From the NCBI RefSeq assembly GCF_022482905.1, contig NZ_JAKVOI010000001.1, positions 929,958 through 993,957 of the forward strand: DNA of 64,000 nt, read 5' to 3'. Below, piece by piece: positions 17,700-26,706 of the stretch. The stretch is from Clostridium sp. (GTDB taxonomy: Bacteria > Bacillota > Clostridia > Clostridiales > Clostridiaceae). Every line of letters begins with the position of its first letter. The stretch's first letter is position 1. The notes beneath the pieces are model-generated. The model saw nothing but the letters and a program-made list of their open reading frames with translations, had not been told where the DNA came from and ran no database searches. Position numbers and translations under genes: made by a program.

Positions 17700-19881
17700 A
17701 AAAAGAATTATATCAAGTATGCTGGCACTTCTGATTTTGCCGGGCATCGTATCTACAACGGCCATGGCTGCGGCACCAAAAGTGTCGGTGGATGAATCCG
17801 CTTATGTAAATCTGGATTACTATGGATCACCCACCAATATAAATATTGTGAAAAGCTTGAGCTTGAATGGAAATCAACAATTTACGGACTATGGTAAATA
17901 CGATAAAGTAGTTAATATGTCCAACAATGCTGTTCCAACGATGAAAGACGGGGAAATCAACTGGAACTTGAAAAACTACAATGGAAAATTCTATTATGAG
18001 TGTACACCCAAAAACGGAACGGTGGTTTTACCATGGAATGTTGATGTGTCCTATTCTCTCAACGGTACCCCTGTAGATGCATCCAGGCTGCCTGGAGTAT
18101 CAGGACTGGTGCAGATTGATGTAAAGGTAACGCCAAATACCAAGGCCAACATATATTATAAAAATAACATGCTCCTGCAGATGCAGACCATAGTGGATAT
18201 GTCAAAGGCATCCAGTGTGGATGCACCGGGGGCACAGGTTCAGACTATAGGTAATAAAAAGATAGTTATCTTTGCCGCACTTCCAGGAGAGAAAGATACC
18301 TTTACGCTTCGTATCGGCACGGACAGCTTTGAAACCGATGGTATCCTGCTGACCATGGTACCTGGAACCATGAAGCAGCTGCAGGATGTGAAAGAACTTA
18401 AAGATGATATCGACACATATAAAGGTTCACTGGATGATATATATGACAGCACAAATACACTTTTACAGACAGTTGAAAACATGCAGAGCGGTCTGTCGCA
18501 ATCAAGGTCAGGCTTATCTTCGCTGGACCGTGCCAACAGCAGTATGAGTGCATCCAAGGACAGCCTGTTTGACAAGTCTGAAACGGCACTGGCTGATCTT
18601 TCAAAGATTACTGCCAATATGGCCACACTGATTCCGCATATCAATGAGGGTGAAAATGCCATTGAAGACCTGAACTATGATTTGAATGCCATTACAGAAA
18701 CTATTGAAAGTACAAAGACGGAGCTGGAGCAGTACAAGACTTCAATAAAAAATGTACAGGACGACATTAATAAACTGCGTGATGTTGTGAAAGATGTACA
18801 GGACAAATCCGACGAAAGGGATAATCTGCTGCAGCGTACTAAATCGGATATAGGAAATATGAGAACAGACCTGGATAATTTAAGCGACAGCAGCTCCGAT
18901 TTGAGAAACAGTCTAAATGAAATGAGTTCTGACATATCTGACTTATCGGATGTGATGAAAGCTGCAGCATCTGTCACCACTCCGGACTATTCTTCATATT
19001 TTACATCAACGGATGGCCAGATCCTGTACAAGACACTTATGGCAATGAATGACAGCTTGAAGACAATGAGTTCCTATATTGCTTCAACGCTATCATCCAC
19101 GGCTGAAGTATCTGATTCTGCAGGTGATATGTTGAGCGAAACATCCGATGTATGTGAAGATGGAGAAGATTACTTGAACACTGCATCCAGAAGCATATCC
19201 TTGATGGAAGATTATTTCCAGGATTTTGATAAGGCAAATGAGGTTACGGATGATATGCTTGGTGAACAAAAGCAGATACTGTCAACGACCGACAGTATGC
19301 TGACAAAAAGCGGAGCTCTTATTGACAATATTTCGGCAATCAACAATACAGCCAACAAGTACAAGAGCAGCTCCATAAAAACACTGCAGGATATGGAAGT
19401 CCTGCTGAAAAGCATGGTGAAGGGTCTTGACAGTTCACAGAGTTTTCTGGGAAGTTTTGAGTCTACACTCAAAAACAGCAGTGGCGATATTAGCAAGGGC
19501 AACAGTGATACGCTCAAGGGTCTCATCAGTGTATTGAAGCAAAGTCTTGAAGGAATTAAAAGTACACCTGTAATGAGAAAGGCAAATGATTCTATCAAGT
19601 CTACTGCAGACAAGGAAATCGATAAGTTTGAGAATGAGAACAGGCTTCTGTATCTTGATCCGGAAGCAAAGTTAATTTCGTTTACTTCCAGCAAGAACCC
19701 TTCACCAAGGAGCATCCAGATAATTATGAGAACGCAGGAAATAAACAAGGACAGTGGCAATGACGATATTTCGAGTGCAGATAAGGACAAGCAAGACAAG
19801 GGTGTGCTTTACAGAATCGGTCGTGTGTTTGTTGAACTAAAGAACGATGTAGTATCAGTTTTCTCAAATATAAATCAGTAA
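17689..19881 (+). CDS. secreted protein: signal peptide, ~200-aa beta-rich domain and ~450-aa Ser/Asp/Asn-rich coiled-coil region (function unknown)
   Basis: N-terminus MKIRKRIISSMLALLILPGIVSTTAMA-AAP looks like an SPase I signal peptide, and no other TM helix is present. Overlaps the MMPL stop by 11 nt, with a GGAGGG RBS. The long helical region resembles the ectodomains of the YhgE/Pip proteins downstream. Confidence 0.7.
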   Translation: MKIRKRIISSMLALLILPGIVSTTAMAAAPKVSVDESAYVNLDYYGSPTNINIVKSLSLNGNQQFTDYGKYDKVVNMSNNAVPTMKDGEINWNLKNYNGKFYYECTPKNGTVVLPWNVDVSYSLNGTPVDASRLPGVSGLVQIDVKVTPNTKANIYYKNNMLLQMQTIVDMSKASSVDAPGAQVQTIGNKKIVIFAALPGEKDTFTLRIGTDSFETDGILLTMVPGTMKQLQDVKELKDDIDTYKGSLDDIYDSTNTLLQTVENMQSGLSQSRSGLSSLDRANSSMSASKDSLFDKSETALADLSKITANMATLIPHINEGENAIEDLNYDLNAITETIESTKTELEQYKTSIKNVQDDINKLRDVVKDVQDKSDERDNLLQRTKSDIGNMRTDLDNLSDSSSDLRNSLNEMSSDISDLSDVMKAAASVTTPDYSSYFTSTDGQILYKTLMAMNDSLKTMSSYIASTLSSTAEVSDSAGDMLSETSDVCEDGEDYLNTASRSISLMEDYFQDFDKANEVTDDMLGEQKQILSTTDSMLTKSGALIDNISAINNTANKYKSSSIKTLQDMEVLLKSMVKGLDSSQSFLGSFESTLKNSSGDISKGNSDTLKGLISVLKQSLEGIKSTPVMRKANDSIKSTADKEIDKFENENRLLYLDPEAKLISFTSSKNPSPRSIQIIMRTQEINKDSGNDDISSADKDKQDKGVLYRIGRVFVELKNDVVSVFSNINQ

Positions 19882-19909
19882 AATTCCAAATAAATAAAAT
19901 TTCTTTTGA

Positions 19910-19956
19910 GCTTATTCAGACGGCATATATTTGACGCCTGAATAAGCTTATTTTTA
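19910..19956 (+). terminator. intrinsic terminator after the secreted-protein gene
   Basis: GCTTATTCAG (19910-19919) pairs with CTGAATAAGC (19938-19947), followed by TTATTTTTATTT. Confidence 0.6.
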
Positions 19957-20053
19957 TTTAAAACTGTTATCGATTTTTAGAATACAGACTGATAAATAAG
20001 GATACCATATAAGTACTTAAAAAATTTACACATATTTTATGGGAGTGTGCAGG

Positions 20054-22219
20054 ATGATAAGAAACATTACCAGTATATTTAGAAGAGATGTAATGACCAT
20101 TATAAAAAATAAAGCGGCACTTGTAATTTTAGTAGGAGTGTGTATAATGCCATGCCTATATACACTGGTAAATGTAAAGGCAATCTGGAACCCATATTCA
20201 AGTGCCAAATTGAGTAATATTTCCATAGCTGTGGTAAACAGGGATCATGGTACCATATTTCAAAATAGGTATATAAATATTGGAAACGAAGTTGTAAGCA
20301 ATCTAAAGAGAAATCATGATATTGGATGGAAATTTGTTGATCCTGAAGAAGCCTATCAGGGGATGATGTATGGAAAATATTATGCTGAAATTGAGATACC
20401 CGAAGATTTTTCTTCTGACCTTTCAAGTATAATTACAAATACTCCAAGAAGGGCTCGGATACTTTATAAGACGAATACGAAGAACAGTCCCATGGGGACC
20501 AAAATCACTGAAAGTGCAGTTAACTCTCTTGTGAGTTCCATAAAATCAAATTTTATATATTCAGTGAACAAGGCTGTATTTTCTTCTCTGAATATTATAG
20601 GGGGAAAAGCAGATAAAGGTAAATTCCAGATAATAGACATGAAAGATTCATTAATAGCTCTAGGTAACAATATGGACCTTGTTACAGCGGTACTTGGAAG
20701 CATAAATGACAGCTCCAGCAGTATTGCACTGATTCTTACTCAGTTAAAGCCGGTTATTTATGCATCTGAAAATGTGAACATAACAAATCCGTTAACTGAT
20801 GATAATGAAGAACTCATAAAATCAATAAAACTTTCTCTGAACAGTTCATTTGATAATATCCAGGTTAATTTGAACAATGCCAAAGCAAATATATATGGAC
20901 TTCAGACACTTGCGGACAATCTGGATTCACTGACTCAAGGAGCAGACTCTTCGAATATAAAATCCGTGGCAGACAAAATGAATTACCAGATAGATATGCT
21001 GAACAATGAAATAGACAATGTAATAGACTTTTCACAGGCAGTAAACGGATTTGCACACAGCAGCAAAATATCAAATTTTTTAAATTCCTTAAGTGATATA
21101 AAAGATTGGTTGAGTAGTGAGAAGAACAATATAAACAATCTTCAGAAGAATTTAAACAATACAGATCAGATAAGCAGTGACCTGAAGAATTCCATAGTTA
21201 ACAATACATGGAAAGCAAGGTTGAAGCTCATTAATGCAATTGACGAGTACAATAATGAAGTAAGGAGAGAGTTAAATTCCATAGCTGATAATTTAATTGT
21301 GTCTTCGAACAATTCTGCTGACATTTTGGAGACTGCAAGGAATATGAACAGTCAGGGTATAAAGTCCATAGATACTTTGATAAATGGAAGCAGACTTGTA
21401 GCTGATTCCTCTGGAAAACTTGAAAATAAGCTCCTTCAATTTAAGAATCCTATTATAAATCTCAGCAACGAACTAAAGCTTATAAATAATAATGATATAG
21501 TGAAAATAATAACAGTACTTCAAAACAATCCTGAACTCATGGGAAATTTCATGGCTAATCCGTTTAATATAAAGGAAGAAAATATTTATACAATTCCCAA
21601 CTTCGGATCAGCTTTTGCACCTACTTATATGACAATTTCCATATGGGTAGGTTGTACCATGCTTGCAGCAATGCTTAAAACAACTGCAGCCAAATTTATA
21701 GGATCTGAAAGATTATCTCTGAGAGAGGAGTATCTTGGTAAGATGCTGATTTTTATTGCAATTTCCATAATACAATCTCTTATAATTGTATTTACCAGCA
21801 GGTTTATACTTCACGTTTATACTAAAAGTTTTTTCCTCATGATAATGTTTGGATTATTTTCATCTCTGGCATTTTCAACAATAGTATACGGCATGGTATC
21901 CATATTTGGGAATCTTGGAAAGGCACTGGCAGTTTTATTGGTTGTAATACAGATGGCAGGAAGTGGAGCTACTTATCCCATACAGCTCAATCCATTGATT
22001 TTAAGAATATTTCAACCTATGTTTCCATTCACCTATAGTCTAAGCGGATTTAGAGAATCAATTGGTGGTCCACTAATAAGTACTGTAGTTATGGATTTTT
22101 CAATGCTTATTCTTATGTCTGTAATTGCCGTATTAGTAGGATTATTTTTGAAAAGGCCTCTCAATGGGATAATGAGCAGACTTCACAGCAAATTCACAGA
22201 GTCAGGTATTGGAGTATAA
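20054..22219 (+). CDS. YhgE/Pip domain-containing membrane protein (phage-infection-protein / EsaA-like topology)
   Basis: N-terminal TM, then the SIAVVNRDHG motif, a helical ectodomain of about 450 aa, and a C-terminal 5-TM ABC-2-like bundle (MTISIWVG...GSGATYPIQL...FPFTYSLSGFRE). The ATG at 20054 follows GGGAGTG. Confidence 0.8.
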   Translation: MIRNITSIFRRDVMTIIKNKAALVILVGVCIMPCLYTLVNVKAIWNPYSSAKLSNISIAVVNRDHGTIFQNRYINIGNEVVSNLKRNHDIGWKFVDPEEAYQGMMYGKYYAEIEIPEDFSSDLSSIITNTPRRARILYKTNTKNSPMGTKITESAVNSLVSSIKSNFIYSVNKAVFSSLNIIGGKADKGKFQIIDMKDSLIALGNNMDLVTAVLGSINDSSSSIALILTQLKPVIYASENVNITNPLTDDNEELIKSIKLSLNSSFDNIQVNLNNAKANIYGLQTLADNLDSLTQGADSSNIKSVADKMNYQIDMLNNEIDNVIDFSQAVNGFAHSSKISNFLNSLSDIKDWLSSEKNNINNLQKNLNNTDQISSDLKNSIVNNTWKARLKLINAIDEYNNEVRRELNSIADNLIVSSNNSADILETARNMNSQGIKSIDTLINGSRLVADSSGKLENKLLQFKNPIINLSNELKLINNNDIVKIITVLQNNPELMGNFMANPFNIKEENIYTIPNFGSAFAPTYMTISIWVGCTMLAAMLKTTAAKFIGSERLSLREEYLGKMLIFIAISIIQSLIIVFTSRFILHVYTKSFFLMIMFGLFSSLAFSTIVYGMVSIFGNLGKALAVLLVVIQMAGSGATYPIQLNPLILRIFQPMFPFTYSLSGFRESIGGPLISTVVMDFSMLILMSVIAVLVGLFLKRPLNGIMSRLHSKFTESGIGV

Positions 22220-22243
22220 GTATTGAAATGGGAGTGACACCAA

Positions 22244-24403
22244 ATGAAGGTTGTATTTAAAATATTAAAAAGGGATTTTAGAAGTATAACAGGAAATCTT
22301 GCTGTACTCATAACTATTATAATATTCTGCTTTCTTCCATCTTCTTATGCAATTGTTAATATAAAAGCATCCTGGGATCCATACTCAAAAACTAATACGA
22401 GCAGGCTTCCCATTGCAGTGGTCAATAAGGATGAAGGCGGCAGTATTAACGGAAAAACTATAAATGTGGGAAATCAGATTATAAATGAATTAAAAAAGGA
22501 CAGAAGTATCAACTGGGTTACCATAGACGAGTGGCAGGGAAACTATGGACTTAATACTGGAAAGTACTATTCATTGATAGAAATTCCAGAGGATTTTTCA
22601 AACAGGCTTCTTACGCTTGTTACTCCGGAGCCTCAAAAACCAAATATAGTATATAGATCTAATGAGAAACTGAATGCAGCGGCTACAGAAATTACAAGCC
22701 AGGCGAAAGATGTACTGGCAGACCGGATCAAATCAAATTTTGTAAAAATAAGCAGTAGAGAAGTTCTAAAACAGATGAATTACGCAGGTAAAAGATTAAA
22801 CGATTATAAACCTGAAATTTTACAGATTAAGGATTCTCTGGAGAATTCCATTAAAGTCATAGATGAAACAAAAAAATATTTATCGGGAATAAATGAAAAT
22901 TCAAGGGAAATGCAGGATTACCTGAATAAGCTTAAAAATGATACTCCAAAGCTTTTCAAGCAGATGGATAGCCTTCAGAATATTGTAAGTCATGGCAAAT
23001 CACTTGCCCAGTCCACAAGACAGACTGTAAGTTCAGCACAGAGCGATCTGTCAAGCGGGATAAATGAGATCCAGTCCCGGAATACTCAGCTTCAAGCCAT
23101 TTTGTCAGGACTTGAAAATATGAATAGTGAATTTGTAAATCCAACTGTTGTAAACAATGCTATAGATCAGATGGATAATCTAAGCGATTCAATGATAGAA
23201 AAAATCGACAGTAATATCAAAATACTCAATACTATAGATAATGTACTGCCAAACAATGGTGCGGTGAAACTCATAGATGCTCTGAGCAATATGAAGAATA
23301 CCATGCAGATGGAAAAAGGTTACCTTTTACAATTGAAGCAGCTCATCAACATTAATGGCTCAAAGGAAAATATAGATTCAATTATAGCTCAGCTCTCTAA
23401 AATAGGAAATCAACTGTCATCAGATACAGCGAATATATATGATGTTTATTCAAGTACCGGACAGATGCTGGACAATATGAGTGATAATGTTGATAGAAGC
23501 CTGGAGAGTTATGATAAGATTCTTCAATCTACAAAAGAAATTATCCCACAGCTTAATTTGCTGGCAAATACAGGCATTTCAATCAGTGAAATATCAATCT
23601 CGCATATAAATCAGATAAACAAAAGACTTGGTGATATTCAAAACAAGCTGGATCAGTTAAGCAGCAGCATGAATATGATAAATGAAAAAAATCTTGATTA
23701 CATAATACATATAATGTGGGAAAATCCTGAAATTTCAAACCTATTGTCATCGCCGGTAGAGTTGAAAAACGTTCAGCTTTATAATCTTGGATTATTTGGA
23801 TATGGAGTAACTCCTTTTTATACTACGCTGTCCATATGGGTTGGCATACTTCTTCTCTCAACCATACTTACATGTAGATGCAGAGAATTTGAAGATGGAA
23901 CAAAAGTCAATATGATTCAGGAATATTCAGGAAAATTATTTCTCTTTATGGGCCTTTCTTTAATACAGACATCTGTAACTATTCTCGGAGAATTTTTGAT
24001 ATTGGGAATAAGGCCAATGAATATACCTGCCATGATAGAAGTTGCATTTATGACCAGTATAACATTTTCCGTAATAATCTTCACATGTATATTCATATTA
24101 GGAAATGTAGGAAAAGCCCTGGTTACAGTTCTCATGATATTCCAAATTTTTGGAACAGGTGGTATATATCCTCTTGAAATTATTTCAACAAGACTTGCCA
24201 ACATGGCACCATTTTTGCCATTTACATACTCCATAAATGGGTTCAGGGAAGCAATTGGAGGCCCAAATTGGGATCACCTTCTTAAAATATTTGGAATGTT
24301 TGGCTGTTTTATGGGGGCATTTTTTATAATCACTCCTCTTAAAAAGGTATTTCAAAAGCAGATACAGCAGATGGAAAATGAATTTAAAAAGTCACAACTT
24401 TAA
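22244..24403 (+). CDS. YhgE/Pip domain-containing membrane protein (paralogue)
   Basis: Same architecture as the previous gene: PIAVVNKDEGG, a long helical ectodomain, and TTLSIWVG...GTGGIYPLEI...LPFTYSINGFREA. Confidence 0.8.
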   Translation: MKVVFKILKRDFRSITGNLAVLITIIIFCFLPSSYAIVNIKASWDPYSKTNTSRLPIAVVNKDEGGSINGKTINVGNQIINELKKDRSINWVTIDEWQGNYGLNTGKYYSLIEIPEDFSNRLLTLVTPEPQKPNIVYRSNEKLNAAATEITSQAKDVLADRIKSNFVKISSREVLKQMNYAGKRLNDYKPEILQIKDSLENSIKVIDETKKYLSGINENSREMQDYLNKLKNDTPKLFKQMDSLQNIVSHGKSLAQSTRQTVSSAQSDLSSGINEIQSRNTQLQAILSGLENMNSEFVNPTVVNNAIDQMDNLSDSMIEKIDSNIKILNTIDNVLPNNGAVKLIDALSNMKNTMQMEKGYLLQLKQLININGSKENIDSIIAQLSKIGNQLSSDTANIYDVYSSTGQMLDNMSDNVDRSLESYDKILQSTKEIIPQLNLLANTGISISEISISHINQINKRLGDIQNKLDQLSSSMNMINEKNLDYIIHIMWENPEISNLLSSPVELKNVQLYNLGLFGYGVTPFYTTLSIWVGILLLSTILTCRCREFEDGTKVNMIQEYSGKLFLFMGLSLIQTSVTILGEFLILGIRPMNIPAMIEVAFMTSITFSVIIFTCIFILGNVGKALVTVLMIFQIFGTGGIYPLEIISTRLANMAPFLPFTYSINGFREAIGGPNWDHLLKIFGMFGCFMGAFFIITPLKKVFQKQIQQMENEFKKSQL

Positions 24404-24522
24404 ATGTTGCCTTATAGGGCATTTTTTACGTAATCTTATTGACATCAGTACTACTACGTGTTACTATATAGCAGTAATAAGTAATACTTCATACAAGTCA
24501 TACAAAATAGCAAGAGGTGATT

Positions 24523-24852
24523 ATGCTGGAAAACCTAACGGAAATGCTCAAAGGCGTGCTTGAGGGCTGTGTTCTTGAAATAATCAGCCGCAAAGAAACC
24601 TATGGCTACGAAATCACACGGCGGCTGAATGCCCTCGGCTTCACAGATGTTGTGGATGGAACGGTGTACACCATTCTGATCCGGCTTGAAAGAAGCAAGC
24701 TGGTAGAGGTCACCAAAAAACCCTCCGACAAGGGACCGCCGCGAAAATTTTTCCTGCTCAATGACAGGGGGCGTGAAGAGCTGCAGAAGTTCTGGAAAAA
24801 ATGGGAGTTCATATCATCAAAAATTAATGAGTTAAAGGAGGAGCAATTTTAA
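24523..24852 (+). CDS. PadR-family transcriptional regulator
   Basis: GVLEGCVLEIISRKETYGYEITRRL...DGTVYTILIRLERSKLV...RKFFLLNDRGREEL matches the canonical PadR winged helix. The ATG at 24523 follows AGAGGTGA. Confidence 0.9.
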   Translation: MLENLTEMLKGVLEGCVLEIISRKETYGYEITRRLNALGFTDVVDGTVYTILIRLERSKLVEVTKKPSDKGPPRKFFLLNDRGREELQKFWKKWEFISSKINELKEEQF

Positions 24853-25220
24853 TGTCTGAGTTTTTTGACAATTATTTGAATATCAAAAAAATTGTGAAGA
24901 ACAAGCGGGAGTACAAACGACAGATGAAAAGAGTTGAAGCTCTGCCGGAAGATTATCAGTATGTATTTAAAAAAATCCAGAAATACATGTGGATGTTTGC
25001 AGCGGGTTCAGGATATGACATGATAAAGATCCATTATGACCTGATAGAACTATTTGAGGCCGGTGCGGCGGAAGGAAAGCATGTTTTGGAAATTACCGGT
25101 GAGGATGTGGCAGCGTTCTGCGACGAACTTCTGCGCAATGCCAGGACATATACGGAAGACTGGCACCAGGCGCTCAACCGTGACATACTGAAAAAGTTCG
25201 GAAGGGAGAAAAAACAATGA
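24852..25220 (+). CDS. DUF1048-like protein (PadR-associated), paralogue 1
   Basis: 122 aa. KREYKRQMKRVEALPEDYQYVFKKIQKY...ELFEAGAAEGKHVLEITGEDVAAFCDELL. Start overlaps the PadR stop (TAATG). Confidence 0.7.
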   Translation: MSEFFDNYLNIKKIVKNKREYKRQMKRVEALPEDYQYVFKKIQKYMWMFAAGSGYDMIKIHYDLIELFEAGAAEGKHVLEITGEDVAAFCDELLRNARTYTEDWHQALNRDILKKFGREKKQ

Positions 25221-25573
25221 ATTTTTGGGAAAAGATAACAGGCAGCGACATGACTAAAGAAATGAAAACTTTTGAATTGCGTGCCAAAAAGCTGCCGGAT
25301 GATTACCAAGCGGCATGGGAAAAAATTAATGCTAATCTTTGGCCGCACTCAGATTTCACTGGCCGCAACCTGATGCCGATTCTTGACAGTGTACTCGGTT
25401 TTCTCGAAGAAGCAGCGGTGGACGGTGAGAGTGTTCAGGAGGTTTTGGGTGACGATATCAAAGGCTTCTGTTCAGCGCTGGCCGGTGAAGAAGGGGCAAA
25501 ATCTTATCGCGACAAGTGGCGTCAGCAGCTCAACAATAATGTTGCCAGGAAATTAAGTAGATTAGATAAATAG
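25217..25573 (+). CDS. DUF1048-like protein, paralogue 2
   Basis: 118 aa with the same pattern (LPDDYQAAWEKINANLW...GESVQEVLGDDIKGFCSAL). ATGA overlap with the previous gene. Confidence 0.7.
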   Translation: MNFWEKITGSDMTKEMKTFELRAKKLPDDYQAAWEKINANLWPHSDFTGRNLMPILDSVLGFLEEAAVDGESVQEVLGDDIKGFCSALAGEEGAKSYRDKWRQQLNNNVARKLSRLDK

Positions 25574-25582
25574 GAGGATGAA

Positions 25583-25933
25583 ATGAGAATACAGGATATC
25601 ATCGAAGGCAAAAAAGAGTGGCGGGCGCACATGGCACGTGTCAAAGCGCTCCCGCAGGATTATCAGATTGTTTATAAAGAGATTCAAAAATATCTCTTTA
25701 AGGTCGGCGTTGTTGAGCTAACCGACGTGATGGGTTTGCTCTCGGGGATTATGGATCTTTTTGAAGAGGGCGCATCCTCGGGGAAAAACGTGCTCGAAGT
25801 GACGGGCCGTGACGTAGCGGCTTTTTGCGACGATCTGATTAAAGATTCAAAAACTTACGTTGACATCTATCAGGAATCTGTTGATCAGGAAGTTAGCAAG
25901 GCTATGAAAAAAGTTATGGATAAAACAAAGTGA
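25583..25933 (+). CDS. DUF1048-like protein, paralogue 3
   Basis: 116 aa. KEWRAHMARVKALPQDYQIVYKEIQKY...LFEEGASSGKNVLEVTGRDVAAFCDDL. AGGAGGA RBS. Confidence 0.7.
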   Translation: MRIQDIIEGKKEWRAHMARVKALPQDYQIVYKEIQKYLFKVGVVELTDVMGLLSGIMDLFEEGASSGKNVLEVTGRDVAAFCDDLIKDSKTYVDIYQESVDQEVSKAMKKVMDKTK

Positions 25934-25947
25934 AAGGGGATATGGGA

Positions 25948-26706
25948 ATGGAAAAAGCAATTCAAGTGAAAGAACTTAAAAAGTCCTACAAGCAGCTTCA
26001 AGTTCTGAAAGGCGTGGATTTTGAAGTAGAGAAAGGCAGCATTTTCGCCCTGCTGGGATCAAACGGGGCAGGTAAGACCACCATCGTCAAAATCCTCACC
26101 ACACTGCTGAAACCGGATGGTGGAACCGCAGCTGTCAACGGGTTTGATGTGGTGAAGGAACCTGACTATGTACGGCAGTCCATAAGTCTCACCGGGCAGT
26201 TTGCTGCTGTGGACGAGATCCTGACCGGACGGGAAAATCTTATCATGATTGCCAAACTGAGGCATCTCAAAAATCCGCATCAGGTGGCGGAAGATTTATT
26301 AAGCCGTTTCGGACTGGACGATGCTGCCGACCGCAGGGTTTCCGCCTATTCGGGTGGAATGCGCCGCAGGCTCGACATCGCCATGAGCCTGATTGGAAAA
26401 CCGCAGCTTATTTTTCTAGATGAGCCCACTACCGGGCTTGACCCCGAGGCACGCATCGAGGTCTGGAACATTGTCAAAGAACTTGCCAAGAGCGGAACAA
26501 CGGTGCTCCTGACCACGCAGTATTTGGAGGAAGCCGAGCAGCTTGCGGATCAAATAGCCATTTTGCATGAGGGCAGGATTATCGTGAGCGGCACGCTGGC
26601 GGAACTTAAAAAACTGTTCCCGCCTGCCAGGGTGGAGTACATTGAAAAACAGCCGGGCCTGGAGGAAATATTCCTTGCAATTGTCGGCAAGAAGGAGGAA
26701 AAATAA
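25948..26706 (+). CDS. ABC transporter ATP-binding protein (DrrA/ABC-2 exporter type)
   Basis: Walker A GSNGAGKTT, signature YSGGMRRRL, Walker B LIFLDEPTTGLD. I prefer the ATG at 25948 over the track's GTG at 25930. Confidence 0.9.
   Translation: MEKAIQVKELKKSYKQLQVLKGVDFEVEKGSIFALLGSNGAGKTTIVKILTTLLKPDGGTAAVNGFDVVKEPDYVRQSISLTGQFAAVDEILTGRENLIMIAKLRHLKNPHQVAEDLLSRFGLDDAADRRVSAYSGGMRRRLDIAMSLIGKPQLIFLDEPTTGLDPEARIEVWNIVKELAKSGTTVLLTTQYLEEAEQLADQIAILHEGRIIVSGTLAELKKLFPPARVEYIEKQPGLEEIFLAIVGKKEEK

Noticed and set aside
24430-24522. A PadR operator in the region upstream of the PadR gene
   Set aside because: A plausible TTGACA-17-TACTAT promoter is visible. However, I could not identify a convincing ATGT-N8-ACAT-type palindrome, only short AGTACT/AGTAAT repeats.
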